From a virus (Duplodnaviria > Heunggongvirae > Uroviricota > Caudoviricetes), in the IMG/VR virus record IMGVR_UViG_3300015615_000629, positions 32,001 through 96,000 of that record: a stretch of 64,000 nt of DNA; one strand, given 5' to 3'. The notes beneath the pieces were generated by a model. It was not told the DNA's origin, searched no databases, and saw only the letters and a list, made by a program, of their open reading frames with translations. Positions 1 through 10,168 of the stretch are shown in pieces. The position numbers were made by a program, and so were the translations under genes. The stretch's first letter is position 1; each line of letters begins with the position of its first letter.

Positions 1-36
1 GTATAGGTCATACAGGAGCCTATACGGGAATGCGAG

Positions 37-171
37 TTACGGTACAGGTTTGGTTTGAAGCAGTTTTGTGGCCAACTTAGGCCCTATTTTGACAACTTTT
101 GATTTAACTTTGGGTTTCTTTGCCCATTTGCCCGCTTTCATGGCTTTTACCATTTTCTCGACGCTCAGCAT
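37..171 (-). CDS. small Lys-rich hypothetical protein (44 aa)
   Basis: Manually translated MLSVEKMVKAMKAGKWAKKPKV...KPVP*; below the ORF-track length cutoff. Confidence 0.45.
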   Translation of the reverse strand: MLSVEKMVKAMKAGKWAKKPKVKSKVVKIGPKLATKLLQTKPVP

Positions 172-190
172 GTTAATTCTCTGGTACAGG

Positions 191-409
191 TTAGAATTCT
201 GCCTTGTCCCATTGGCTTAGGCCAATCGATCCAGGTAAAACACGAACCTCTGGCGGTGTGTGCGACATCTTTGTAAAGAGTTCATTTGAGTCTGGCTTAA
301 TATTCAAACTCAAACCCATAGGTTGCACAACAATTGATGCCCTACTCACAGAGTTTGTTATAATTACTGAGCCATCGGGTAAAGATTTAATCTCAAGCAT
401 TTTTGGCAT
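191..409 (-). CDS. hypothetical protein
   Basis: ORF in the minus-strand gene run; start may be the ATG at 400; its TAA overlaps the 10-mer motif. Confidence 0.55.
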   Translation of the reverse strand: MPKMLEIKSLPDGSVIITNSVSRASIVVQPMGLSLNIKPDSNELFTKMSHTPPEVRVLPGSIGLSQWDKAEF

Positions 410-560
410 CCAAATAATCAGAAAGTTCTTTACCTTCTAAAAGTGTCAGGGATGCTATTTTATCTCCAATCTCCCTGATATGGTCTGAAAAATCGCTAGA
501 CGCTGCCGTTCCTTTTCCGTTATGCGGAGGTGGCGGGGCCATCACAACTTGAGTTTCCAC
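393..560 (-). CDS. 55-aa protein with a ribosomal protein L7/L12 N-terminal dimerisation-like segment
   Basis: GTG start overlapping the upstream TAG; translation ...SDFSDHIREIGDKIASLTLLEGKELSDYLDAKNA*. Confidence 0.6.
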   Translation of the reverse strand: METQVVMAPPPPHNGKGTAASSDFSDHIREIGDKIASLTLLEGKELSDYLDAKNA

Positions 561-838
561 TAGTTCTCCGGTACAGATTCGGCCTGTCGTATTTTCTTAT
601 CCAGAATAATCATAGATTCGGTAGTTGCGTTGCCAAGTGTTTTGTAGTGCATTACACAATGGCAAATATCGGTAGAAAAAGTGGCTTCAAATTCAATCCA
701 TAAATTTTGAGTATCTCCCCATGTTCCAATAACTTTAGCCCCTGGCGGTAGTTTATCTGCGAAATAACTTGGAGACAACTTATCGGCCGGAACAGCACAA
801 CCCGCCAACAATACACAAAACAACAACAATTTACGCAT
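560..838 (-). CDS. putative lipoprotein
   Basis: Signal peptide with lipobox MRKLLLFCVLLAG-C. Confidence 0.7.
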   Translation of the reverse strand: MRKLLLFCVLLAGCAVPADKLSPSYFADKLPPGAKVIGTWGDTQNLWIEFEATFSTDICHCVMHYKTLGNATTESMIILDKKIRQAESVPEN

Positions 839-1460
839 TGTTTAATCCAAGTTTCTTGATTTCACGAGAGTTAAGTTGACGTTTGCCCGACGCTACAACG
901 CTTTTACCATAAGGGATTTGGTAAGTGTTATAGAAGTATTTCTTGAAAAATTCGTCAAATTGACCACGTTTGCTGGCCTTGAATTCCGTAAAGGTCAATT
1001 CGTACCAAACACCATCCATCTTCCAATAAGGCGTGAATTCAACCTTTTGGAATTTGTATTTCTTTTTGTCTTTGAGTTGGTGCAAAATTCCGTTAAGAAC
1101 GTAGAATTCGGGATAACACAGAGCACGGCCAGCGGGATCGACGATCCGTTTCCCTTCACGGCGGCAATCAAGGGTCACAAAATATTCAACGTGCAAACGA
1201 AGATGATAGCCCCTTAAAGTGTGGAGGCTATTGTTGGCACAGATTTCGGAGTAAACCTTATCCCAAGGACGACCAACATTTTTGCTCAGAGCCCGCCGAA
1301 GTGGAGCCAAACGGTCATCTTGCGATTTTCGTTCGGCATCGCCCTTTGGGCGAATGGATACCTTTGTGGGCGAATCTTCATCGAAGTGACGATTCTTGGG
1401 GAAAACGTCAGCCCCTTTGCGGGTCACATCAATGATGATATCTTTCATGTCGGAACGCAT
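831..1460 (-). CDS. hypothetical protein
   Basis: 209-aa ORF with AGGAG RBS; contains LAPLRRALSKNVGRPWDKVYSEIC segment. Confidence 0.75.
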   Translation of the reverse strand: MRSDMKDIIIDVTRKGADVFPKNRHFDEDSPTKVSIRPKGDAERKSQDDRLAPLRRALSKNVGRPWDKVYSEICANNSLHTLRGYHLRLHVEYFVTLDCRREGKRIVDPAGRALCYPEFYVLNGILHQLKDKKKYKFQKVEFTPYWKMDGVWYELTFTEFKASKRGQFDEFFKKYFYNTYQIPYGKSVVASGKRQLNSREIKKLGLNNA

Positions 1461-1617
1461 ACTTTTTCTCCTTCTGCCGACTCACGGTACAGATAAAGCA
1501 GAGCGTTTCTGAGACGAAAAAAGTTAATTTTATTTAATATCAGCAATCTTAAAACAATATAAATTTACAGTCGTTCTTGTCCCAGGCTTGGTTTGTGCCT
1601 GCACAACTTAATTTTAT

Positions 1618-2034
1618 TTAAACTTTGGCTTGGGACTGTGGGACAAAAAAGTTGCTATCGTGAAAAATATCTGATTTATGCCTGCACAAAACCTCCCCTT
1701 TAAGAGCATGGTCTTTCCAAAGATTGTAATAAGTTGTAATAAAAGACCTACTAAATTTAGTTGTCCAGAACAAGTCGATAGATGCCAATAATGAATTTTC
1801 TTCATTCCAATGTGGATCAAGTTCTTTTCCTAAGCAAATGTCGCCATTTTCGGTAATATTTGGAAAAAGTATGTACTTTTCTTCTTCGCCAACCAACGCA
1901 AAAACTCTAACATTGAATATATTATCCCTATTCTTAAAACCATAGAATTTTAATGAGGGAAAATTAATTACAAAAATGTCGCCATAAACTGACACAATAG
2001 TTCTGGTTTGGGGTGGGAATTTTTTAGTAACCAT
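1618..2034 (-). CDS. Prok-E2_D / PRTRC protein B-like paralog 1
   Basis: FPSL...FPNITENGDICLG...IDLFWTTKFS. Confidence 0.55.
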   Translation of the reverse strand: MVTKKFPPQTRTIVSVYGDIFVINFPSLKFYGFKNRDNIFNVRVFALVGEEEKYILFPNITENGDICLGKELDPHWNEENSLLASIDLFWTTKFSRSFITTYYNLWKDHALKGEVLCRHKSDIFHDSNFFVPQSQAKV

Positions 2035-2715
2035 TTATGGTTCTACCGTAAAAGTTTGCAATTCACCCAAGCAAATAAAGCGGGTTTTGGGCTTGTCGTG
2101 ATAGCCCTCTTCTTTGCTATCTGGATTGTAAATCTCCCCAGGTGGCAAGACCAATTCACTTCGGTTCTTATGATGATGCCCGAAAATCCATAAATCGGGC
2201 TGATGATAATTGAAACATTCTTGTAACAATTGGCCGGTGGCCGTAACGGTATCCCTCTCGTGATCGAAAAATACGAGCGTATCAGTGCCGAACAACGTCC
2301 GCACAACTTCTAGCGGAGCATCGTGAGTAACCATAATTTTAGGTTTTGCGGCCCGATAGGCTTCAAGTGCCTCCTGTTGTTGAACATAATTAAGTTCCTC
2401 TTCGGGGAACCAATCAATTTTGAACCGTCGCCATTTACGGTCAATCGACCAAGCACCACGGATGAAAAAGAATTCAACGCCGTTGATGGTTTGGGTGCCA
2501 AAGTCCCCAAGATTGTTGGGGCATTCACCGATAATTTCGTAATTATCGTGGTTGCCACCAAAAAAGCGATGATTCAGACTGATGTCGTTAAAAACATCAT
2601 AGGCGAATGAGAAATCGCCAATCTGTACGGAGTAGTCGCATTGCTCGACGACGCTGCGATAACTCTTGTATCGCCCATGCACATCGCCAATGAAAGTGAG
2701 TTTAGAGGGAGTCAT
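2035..2715 (-). CDS. calcineurin-like metallophosphoesterase
   Basis: GDVHG, GDF, GNHD, THDAP and FGHHH motifs. Confidence 0.9.
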   Translation of the reverse strand: MTPSKLTFIGDVHGRYKSYRSVVEQCDYSVQIGDFSFAYDVFNDISLNHRFFGGNHDNYEIIGECPNNLGDFGTQTINGVEFFFIRGAWSIDRKWRRFKIDWFPEEELNYVQQQEALEAYRAAKPKIMVTHDAPLEVVRTLFGTDTLVFFDHERDTVTATGQLLQECFNYHQPDLWIFGHHHKNRSELVLPPGEIYNPDSKEEGYHDKPKTRFICLGELQTFTVEP

Positions 2716-2733
2716 AGGGCTTTCAGGTACAGG

Positions 2734-3132
2734 TTAAAAGGTTAGTTTACCTTGCGGAATTTCGCCAGCAAATATAGAGTTCCAAAACCTATCAATTGAT
2801 TCTAAGGCTATTGCTTGTGGGTCTTTTCCATAAAAGTAAACCGGCCCTAAACAAACAATTCCAGTAAATGCGTCCACATTAGGAAGAAAAGGTGCTCGCC
2901 AAAGAAAAAAGTATTTTCTAAAAAGGACACAAAAGCGTTCCATTTCATAATTATCTTTTATCTTCTTAAGATAAATATCAAATTTTATCGACGGAAACTG
3001 GACATATCTTGTTCTATTATCATATAAACTATCCAAATATAAAACCGTTCGCTTCTTAGGCGGACATATTACAGACAATACATATCTATTTTTGTAGGGC
3101 GGGGAGCACCTTTTTAATTTCTTAAACTTCAT
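2734..3132 (-). CDS. Prok-E2_D-like paralog 2
   Basis: FPSI...LWRAPFLPNV...GIVCLG...IDRFWNSIFA. Confidence 0.6.
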   Translation of the reverse strand: MKFKKLKRCSPPYKNRYVLSVICPPKKRTVLYLDSLYDNRTRYVQFPSIKFDIYLKKIKDNYEMERFCVLFRKYFFLWRAPFLPNVDAFTGIVCLGPVYFYGKDPQAIALESIDRFWNSIFAGEIPQGKLTF

Positions 3133-3254
3133 GGTATCCTGCCGGCCGTTAAATAACTTATAACATAATCCATATCATGCGAGCCAGCAAACTCAAATCT
3201 TGAAGTCCAAAAGTGCTCAATAACCAATTACTTCGATAAATGTAAGTCCCTTTC

Positions 3255-3929
3255 TCATTTAATTTTCCTCAGAAAATCCCGAACAAATTTTTCCGAACGG
3301 GTTAAAACTTGTTCAACAGCGGCGTCGTCAAACGATTCTCTAATAACTCTTTTAACCGTTCCCAAGGTTTTCTTTACAGAATCCTTGTTCAGGAAATCAT
3401 TTACAAAATCAGGAACCTCTTTGGGCTGGGGAGACAAATGCTCGATAGAAACACCCAAATCAAGTAAGGCATATCTCGCGGCGTCGTTCATGCTCTCTAC
3501 TATAATCACACGAGAATTAAGCATCCAATGCTTCCTAGTTTGGGCGTAACCATCTTGGCCTGCAATCTTGATATTGTTGGTTTGGAGAATCAGAAGAACT
3601 TGTTCGTAAACATCCGGCGAGGTTTGAATTTTATACTTTTCCGTAATAGTTGGTTCATCTACATTGAAAATGGAAACCATACCAGAGCGAGTTTCCACCA
3701 CAATACGATCCAAACTTTGGCGTGCTGCCAATTCGGCAACATCACGCTGATTGCCGCGAAGTGAAGCGATGATTTCTGCTTCGCTCATATCGTCGATAGA
3801 TTCAACAGTCCCGCCACCTTGAACCAATTCCCTCAACTTAATGGAGTATTGGTTGATTCGACGAGCAATAAGGATTTCTTTTGCCTCTTGAAGGGAAATA
3901 ACACCAACCTTAGAAGTTTTCATTTTCAC
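3255..3929 (-). CDS. hypothetical protein
   Basis: 224-aa ORF in operon-like run. Confidence 0.7.
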   Translation of the reverse strand: MKMKTSKVGVISLQEAKEILIARRINQYSIKLRELVQGGGTVESIDDMSEAEIIASLRGNQRDVAELAARQSLDRIVVETRSGMVSIFNVDEPTITEKYKIQTSPDVYEQVLLILQTNNIKIAGQDGYAQTRKHWMLNSRVIIVESMNDAARYALLDLGVSIEHLSPQPKEVPDFVNDFLNKDSVKKTLGTVKRVIRESFDDAAVEQVLTRSEKFVRDFLRKIK

Positions 3930-4725
3930 ATTCCTCTTTGAACCAGGATTCGTTTTGGATAGACGCTATTGCTTCAAAAGTTTTAACTTTTAGTTCTTGT
4001 GGTTTGATATGAGTCGGAAGGCTATCGCCAAAATGCCTGCCACAGGCCGAACAAAGGAAAACCGCAATTTCTCTTAAAGAATAGCCTTCTTCTCTTAAGA
4101 CACCTTCAATAAAACGGTCGTGAATATACATCCTATCGGAATTGCCAATATAACCGTGGCAACCACCAGAATTAATATAATTTTGCAGATATTTGTCAGC
4201 ATAAAGTTCATCAGACAGTCGGCCTTGATATTCGTTAAAATCTGCGTGCCAGTCGGGGATTACATAACCATCCAATTCCCTTAGTCTGTTTTCTAGTTTT
4301 TCTCTTTCTTCCCGCAATTCTTTGTCTAATCCGATTTCTTCCAAGTCGTCTCTATCTTGCCAGCCCATTTTGAGATAATTATCTACAAGAAGCACGTAAT
4401 CGGGGCGTCTTTCATTGCGAAGATTACCCCAATTTGGATTCGGTAGGGAATTCAAGTGCATTTTATAAAAAGTTTCGTCTGCTTCGAGATAAACAGTGCA
4501 TTTGTATTTGTTTTCAATAACTTCTGCGATTTTTTCTCCATTCAAGAATGGAAATTTCTCAGATTGAATAACATAACCTGGAAACACAGGAAAATCGGGC
4601 TCGCAATCGATACCGAGCATCGTATCTTCTGACGAGCAAGCCGCAAAACAACTATGAATTTGTTTGTTGATTCTCATTGTCGAATTTCGTAATGTCTTCG
4701 TAAATCTCGAAATGATTAGTGTCAC
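3910..4725 (-). CDS. hypothetical protein (true start probably downstream, e.g. ATG at 4620)
   Basis: Long ORF; 5' end overlaps the upstream gene. Confidence 0.65.
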   Translation of the reverse strand: MTLIISRFTKTLRNSTMRINKQIHSCFAACSSEDTMLGIDCEPDFPVFPGYVIQSEKFPFLNGEKIAEVIENKYKCTVYLEADETFYKMHLNSLPNPNWGNLRNERRPDYVLLVDNYLKMGWQDRDDLEEIGLDKELREEREKLENRLRELDGYVIPDWHADFNEYQGRLSDELYADKYLQNYINSGGCHGYIGNSDRMYIHDRFIEGVLREEGYSLREIAVFLCSACGRHFGDSLPTHIKPQELKVKTFEAIASIQNESWFKEECENENF

Positions 4726-5200
4726 GATTTAAGTTATACGGTCGGCCCTCCTCGCCCTCGACATAAATCAACCAATGATTATCAGACATACTATTTCCAT
4801 GAAAAGCAATTGCTTCGGCATCGCTTTTTTCAATATAATCAGCCCATGTTTTTAGGTGACAGGCATGGGCCGGTACTGGGAACCTTTCAGCAAATTCTCG
4901 TAAATGGCCAGCGAATTTGGAGAAGTTTTCTTGGCGAATCATAGCCGCATCCATAGTGGAAAAAAGCACAATTCGTTCAAAAAATGGCAAATCTTGACGT
5001 TTCCATAGTTGCCATAGCACACAGCCTTTTGGGTCTCTCATAACAGAGGTCATCCAAGAATCATATTCGATATCTGGATTCTTAAGATAAGTGTCGTAAA
5101 GAGCCGTCCAGATACGGGCGGCCCCAAACCAAGAATTGCGGAACGAAATGACGGAATCCGCTAAACCGTCTCGGAATTCAATGATGCTGCAAGTGCTCAT
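4652..5200 (-). CDS. hypothetical protein, probably leaderless
   Basis: ATG at 5200 lies 6 nt downstream of a TATAAT box. Confidence 0.7.
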   Translation of the reverse strand: MSTCSIIEFRDGLADSVISFRNSWFGAARIWTALYDTYLKNPDIEYDSWMTSVMRDPKGCVLWQLWKRQDLPFFERIVLFSTMDAAMIRQENFSKFAGHLREFAERFPVPAHACHLKTWADYIEKSDAEAIAFHGNSMSDNHWLIYVEGEEGRPYNLNRDTNHFEIYEDITKFDNENQQTNS

Positions 5201-5206
5201 GCCTCG

Positions 5207-5234
5207 ATTATAGCACAATGGCTAGAATTGCCAA
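5207..5234 (-). promoter_or_regulatory. sigma70-type promoter
   Basis: TTGGCA-16 nt-TATAAT with extended TGTGC. Confidence 0.75.
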
Positions 5235-5771
5235 TTAGGCGTTTTGAGCGTGGAAAAGCGGCGAATCCGGAATGTTGGTTTCCAAATAAAACACTGTAAC
5301 ATCGATGCCCCGACGTAACCAACAATCTTCGATTAGAGTCTCAATGAAATTCCAATCGCCACCAGCTAAAGCACTTCCGAACATTGGGGCAATAATTTCA
5401 TATTCGGTTTCGACATCCAATTCATAAGCCACTTGGTCCATACAACTGGCAAGGTGATTATAATACAAAGGTCTTTTGCCACCAAGAGTTTGAGCAACCA
5501 TATTAGCAACAATTACATTATCAGATGCTTGAATAAACTGAGTTTCACCCAAGCCCGCACCTTCCCCTGGATGGAAATGGGCCGAGTTATGTTCTTCTAT
5601 CCACCTTTCATATTCCGGCCTAACATTCGGATATAAATTACAAAGGGGAATAACGAAGCCACTACCCATTCTGCCGTGACAGTTAGCCACGTGACAAATC
5701 ATAAATTTCTTATCTGGACTGTCGGCAATATGTTGAAACAAATCGCCTTTAATGTATGTCAATTTAGCCAC
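5235..5771 (-). CDS. macro domain protein (ADP-ribose processing; Poa1p/Tk.4-like)
   Basis: YIKGDLF, HVANCHGRMGSGF, PMFGSALAGGDW motifs. Confidence 0.85.
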   Translation of the reverse strand: MAKLTYIKGDLFQHIADSPDKKFMICHVANCHGRMGSGFVIPLCNLYPNVRPEYERWIEEHNSAHFHPGEGAGLGETQFIQASDNVIVANMVAQTLGGKRPLYYNHLASCMDQVAYELDVETEYEIIAPMFGSALAGGDWNFIETLIEDCWLRRGIDVTVFYLETNIPDSPLFHAQNA

Positions 5772-5780
5772 AATTTACTC

Positions 5781-5960
5781 CTAATCAGAATTCCGCATTT
5801 TAGTCACTTGGGCCTTAATTCCAGCCCGAATAGAAACTGGCGTTCGTCCCTCTTGCTTCTTTTGCTCAACGTATTTGTTGAGCAACTTGGTTGCAGCGGC
5901 CTTTTTGCCAGCAGTATTAGCCTGAAACAACGCTTTAGTAACTTCACAACTCTTAATCAT
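5781..5960 (-). CDS. small basic hypothetical protein (59 aa)
   Basis: Manually translated MIKSCEVTKALFQANTAGKKAAATKLL...; AGGAG RBS; fills the gap between genes. Confidence 0.65.
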   Translation of the reverse strand: MIKSCEVTKALFQANTAGKKAAATKLLNKYVEQKKQEGRTPVSIRAGIKAQVTKMRNSD

Positions 5961-6489
5961 TGGTTTTCTCCTTTAATTGTTTGACTACTTCTAAAATTAA
6001 TTCTAATTGCCATGCTTGCCTTTCGGTCATCTCAATATCTTTCAGGTCAGGAAGGTCTGGAACCTTATCTAAATCATGCAATGAGAAAAAATCTGAATAT
6101 TGGTCTGTAATGTGCTGGCTGACCTTGTCACATATTTTACCAATATCACGAGAATTTGAGATTGCAGTTTTCGGGCCGAATTTTCCAATTCTTACCCCTT
6201 CTTCAAAAAGTGCATTGATGGTTTCATAATTGACGGCAAACCCGAAATTAGCATCCACATATTCACTAACTTTGCTTTCAATTTGTTTTTCCTTGCAAGA
6301 CGCTAGTTCTTTCGCAACTTCTTTTTCTTTAAATTCACGGATAGATTCTAACTTCCGTATAGCATCCAGCAAATTTGCTGTAGGTGCCGTATCTACTAAA
6401 TCTTTGAAAAAATTCAATACGCCGAGAATTTCTTTAAGATTAGAATTGATTTCGTTTAGAACATCAGAATTCATTAGTATTTGCTCCAA
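5953..6489 (-). CDS. hypothetical protein
   Basis: 178-aa ORF. Confidence 0.6.
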   Translation of the reverse strand: MEQILMNSDVLNEINSNLKEILGVLNFFKDLVDTAPTANLLDAIRKLESIREFKEKEVAKELASCKEKQIESKVSEYVDANFGFAVNYETINALFEEGVRIGKFGPKTAISNSRDIGKICDKVSQHITDQYSDFFSLHDLDKVPDLPDLKDIEMTERQAWQLELILEVVKQLKEKTND

Positions 6490-7700
6490 TCAATTTCAGA
6501 GGATTTTGATTTCTTTTTAGATTTGCTTGGCATTTTAATTGGTTTTTCTCCAATGTCCAATGCTAAAGCATTAACACGTTCTAATACCTCTTTATCCAGA
6601 ATATTCACCCTGTTATTTTCTATCTTTAGTATGTCTCTAATATGTTCGTATTCATTATACATATCGACACCTCGGGAAATGGCGTCTTCTATCGATTTTA
6701 CCGTGGCTCCGTATGAAGCCTTGCGATATCGAGTTCGATGCTTGAGGTCAATACAATCAATTTCGCAATCGGGCGTATCGTCCGGAGCACATCTGCGAGA
6801 ATCTAGATCATGATAACTAATTCCTAAATCCCCGACAAACCATGAAAAAGGCACGCCAAAAACAGACTGCCCGCCTTGATAACTTTGGCGATAAAATTGT
6901 GAAACATCTTTAAAATCAGTAGACATAATGGTACAAGGAACGATTAACTCACGGTGAATTGTATCATCGTAGATATCTGGGTATTTTTTGGCGATGTGAT
7001 AGCAATCATCAACATACCCGCCAGTGGGGCGATGTGTATATGTAGAAACAAGCGTTAAACAATCTTTTCTCAAAAGGTATTCATCTGGTTCGTGGCCGGA
7101 TTCTTTTCTTGGTCCAATGTCTCGTCTATAGCCCGTTTGAACAATAATGTCTTTTGGCGGCCTTATCACAAGACAACGCTCTGTATTTGTATTTCGTACC
7201 AATGATTTGGCTGTGTATTCTCGAATATAATATTCGTTGCTTTCAGTACGACAACGGTTTGAATTATATGGCAGTGGCTCAACATCGGTTGGCAATAATT
7301 TAACAAATTTTCGACCAATGTCGTCACCATAGAATTCAAAATGAGATTTAAAATAATATTCATACACAATTAACCATATTTTTAGAGCCTCGTTATCATT
7401 GTGAAAATGGTTTTTCAATTTCCAGTTGCCGGCATTTAATGGGCCAAACGGATACCATTGATAAAGGATGTCGTATTCTTCTTGTTGCTTCATACATTTG
7501 GCAATTAGATACTTGGTAATATCGATGAATTTTTCCAGCACAATATTAGAGAAATATTCTGGTCTTATTGTCTCTAGAAAGAAAAGATATAACCGCAATG
7601 CATCTTTTAGATTTTTTGGGGCACCAACGTTCCTGTACTTTTCAAGATATTTCTTGACTAGATATATTTTTCTATAGGAGTCTAAACGGCTATTGCTCAT
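6474..7700 (-). CDS. hypothetical protein (408 aa) downstream of helicase
   Basis: Long ORF overlapping the helicase stop. Confidence 0.75.
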   Translation of the reverse strand: MSNSRLDSYRKIYLVKKYLEKYRNVGAPKNLKDALRLYLFFLETIRPEYFSNIVLEKFIDITKYLIAKCMKQQEEYDILYQWYPFGPLNAGNWKLKNHFHNDNEALKIWLIVYEYYFKSHFEFYGDDIGRKFVKLLPTDVEPLPYNSNRCRTESNEYYIREYTAKSLVRNTNTERCLVIRPPKDIIVQTGYRRDIGPRKESGHEPDEYLLRKDCLTLVSTYTHRPTGGYVDDCYHIAKKYPDIYDDTIHRELIVPCTIMSTDFKDVSQFYRQSYQGGQSVFGVPFSWFVGDLGISYHDLDSRRCAPDDTPDCEIDCIDLKHRTRYRKASYGATVKSIEDAISRGVDMYNEYEHIRDILKIENNRVNILDKEVLERVNALALDIGEKPIKMPSKSKKKSKSSEIDWSKY

Positions 7701-9570
7701 GGTGCCACCTTAGAATAGACCTAACCGCACGCTCTGTATCGGGTGATACAGGTTTTTTTGGTACAGGTTTAACTAGGCGATCTGACAAAAGGTTCCTAAT
7801 CGCCAGCAACTTATCCGGCGTCATTTTGCCTTCAAAAAACAAAGAACGACCAACGGCTGACTTTTCCATAATGTGATCAACGCCATGTTCATCTAATAAA
7901 ATCTTAATATCCGTTACGGGTTTTCCATTTTGGTTATTGAATAATTTACAAAGTTTTTCTAGAAACCTAATTTCTATTTGGCCTATAAGTTCGGGATATA
8001 AAGAATATCGTTCCGCGAGATTGCGACACATTTCTAATACGTTGTCTCGCGTCTTGTTTTCTAAATTCTCATATTCAAATACTAAATTTTCCAAAGCCTC
8101 TTCTCGTGGAACATTTAGGGCGTCCCATAAATAATAACGTTGTCCACCCGCAACCCCAGACGAATTAGACCTATAGAGAATAACTGGATTGAATTCATCG
8201 TCTAGTTCCAAGCACGCCATAATCAAATTGAAGCAATGTGAAAACTGTTCTCTTGAGGTTGTTCCGTCTATCTCCGGAAGACGTTCTAAATAATTGATAA
8301 TACGAACTTCGCGTTTGCCGGGGAACCGTCGCATGGCTCGACCGATAGTCTGCATGTATTCGGTCATAGAGCCATTCGGATACTTGGCATAATGTATTCT
8401 AGCACAAGAAACCCAATCTGTCCCCTCTAGTGCCATTTTGCATGTAACGACATGGCGGATTTGAATCTTTTCTGGCGAGTTTTTGGGTTCGTGACGAAGT
8501 CTTTCCATGTTGCGGTTCTGTGTTTTCTGATTCATAAGATCGATAACTTCATTCCCCTTATATTCCGTTAGGCTGGAGATAAGATTGGTATGAGCATTCG
8601 GATGATTTTTGCGATATTTTCCACCCTTCGGAGGCAAACAATACAAATGACAAGCGTCCTGGTAAGGATCGTTCTTGACGTTTGCGATAATTCTGTCGTT
8701 AGGAGTACCGCCTGGAGCGAATTCTTCAAATTCAATAATAACATTTTCCAACCCCAAAGTTGGCAAGTGTTCGTGCCAATATCTTGTATAAATATCGAAT
8801 TTGTCAAGATCCACCACAACTGGATCTTGATCTCCCCTATAGAATGTGGCGGTTGCTAATCTGATCTTAGCACTTAAAGAGTTCAGTATGATAAAATTAA
8901 CAATACCAGATAAAATATTTTGATAATTTAGATCACACTCGTCCAAGGTAACATTATTGATGTGATGAGCCTCGTCTATAATTAATACTAAGTTTTGTGT
9001 TGCTGTTTTCCTTTCCTCCTCGGATAAACCGTTCCAAACTTGGCACAACAGAGCATGAGTTGCTATAGCATTAAGGCCACTGATAATGTTATCATTTAGA
9101 TTCTTGTGGTGTGTGGTTTTTAATTGTTCTGCTGGTGCAAGCAGCCATTCCTTTAGTCTGTTTTTAGATCGAACAAAATTGTGTTTTGGTAAAATTTTCC
9201 AATCATACTCTGTTCCGTCAACATTTAGCTTAATACATTCCAAATCGTTATGTCCAAATACAAAATTATCCGCTATGTTCCGTTGCGGTGTTACAATAAG
9301 AACCTTTTGGTTGAAATTTGATGAAACGATGTCATGTATACCAAGAGCCACCAAGAGAGTGGTTTTGCCGGCACCGCATGGGGCTCTAGTTATTGTAAAC
9401 TGATTGTTCTTTTGTTGGTTGTATGCTTGTTGTTGCCAGCCATCGCCATGCGAAAGGAATTTGCAAACATTTTCAGTTTCAGTGGTGTCAATTAAGTTGT
9501 GGGCCTCCGGTTCGTAGGATTGATAATTAAAATCCGGACGAATTGTAAAATTTTGATTGGCAGCTCTCAT
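7690..9570 (-). CDS. superfamily-2 DEAH helicase/ATPase (type III Res-like), copy 1
   Basis: APCGAGKT, IIDEAHH, TATFYRGD, EGTDW, QTIGRAMR. Confidence 0.85.
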   Translation of the reverse strand: MRAANQNFTIRPDFNYQSYEPEAHNLIDTTETENVCKFLSHGDGWQQQAYNQQKNNQFTITRAPCGAGKTTLLVALGIHDIVSSNFNQKVLIVTPQRNIADNFVFGHNDLECIKLNVDGTEYDWKILPKHNFVRSKNRLKEWLLAPAEQLKTTHHKNLNDNIISGLNAIATHALLCQVWNGLSEEERKTATQNLVLIIDEAHHINNVTLDECDLNYQNILSGIVNFIILNSLSAKIRLATATFYRGDQDPVVVDLDKFDIYTRYWHEHLPTLGLENVIIEFEEFAPGGTPNDRIIANVKNDPYQDACHLYCLPPKGGKYRKNHPNAHTNLISSLTEYKGNEVIDLMNQKTQNRNMERLRHEPKNSPEKIQIRHVVTCKMALEGTDWVSCARIHYAKYPNGSMTEYMQTIGRAMRRFPGKREVRIINYLERLPEIDGTTSREQFSHCFNLIMACLELDDEFNPVILYRSNSSGVAGGQRYYLWDALNVPREEALENLVFEYENLENKTRDNVLEMCRNLAERYSLYPELIGQIEIRFLEKLCKLFNNQNGKPVTDIKILLDEHGVDHIMEKSAVGRSLFFEGKMTPDKLLAIRNLLSDRLVKPVPKKPVSPDTERAVRSILRWHHEQ

Positions 9571-9572
9571 TT

Positions 9573-10163
9573 TTACGCTCGGTAAAGCATGATAGTGATC
9601 AATTGTGATTTTTTAGAGGCACAATAACTAAATGGAAAATATTGATCAAATCTACGCCAAACTCTCGAAGGCAATTTGTTTCGGATACTTTGCAAAGCGA
9701 CCTGCTCTGAAAATCTTTTTCTACTTCTTGAATCATTCAATAATAAGTTAATCCCCATAACACAATCTTCCGGACATCGCATCATGGTTTCAGTAATTGT
9801 ATCTAATGCCTTTTTATTTTCAGCAAAATTTAATGAATCAAAGTACACCATTCCAGCAGAAGCGAATATCGGATTGTCAATTGCTGTATCCCATTCTTCG
9901 TGGAGCCATATAGATTTATTAAACTTCTCTTTATTTGCCAATATGTACTCCAACTCGCGATCCACGCCTACAAATTGAGACTCCCGTATAAATCCATCTG
10001 ACGAGAGGATATTAATCTCGGAATTAGGATAGGTTTGATCGTTGCATAACGTCCAATAAGTTTTATTTGTTGGTAAAGTTTGTCGATTGGTTATTCTCCG
10101 GTATGCATCGATTAGCATACGTCTGGCAGCCGACTTAATTGGATTATCGTATTTGAATTGCAT
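9573..10163 (-). CDS. helicase-partner protein, possible SAM-methyltransferase-like fold, copy 1
   Basis: Paralog of 54522..55127 (YWTLCN, SEI, QFxGVD, EW, VYxD, LNDSRS). Confidence 0.6.
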   Translation of the reverse strand: MQFKYDNPIKSAARRMLIDAYRRITNRQTLPTNKTYWTLCNDQTYPNSEINILSSDGFIRESQFVGVDRELEYILANKEKFNKSIWLHEEWDTAIDNPIFASAGMVYFDSLNFAENKKALDTITETMMRCPEDCVMGINLLLNDSRSRKRFSEQVALQSIRNKLPSRVWRRFDQYFPFSYCASKKSQLITIMLYRA

Positions 10164-10168
10164 AATGC

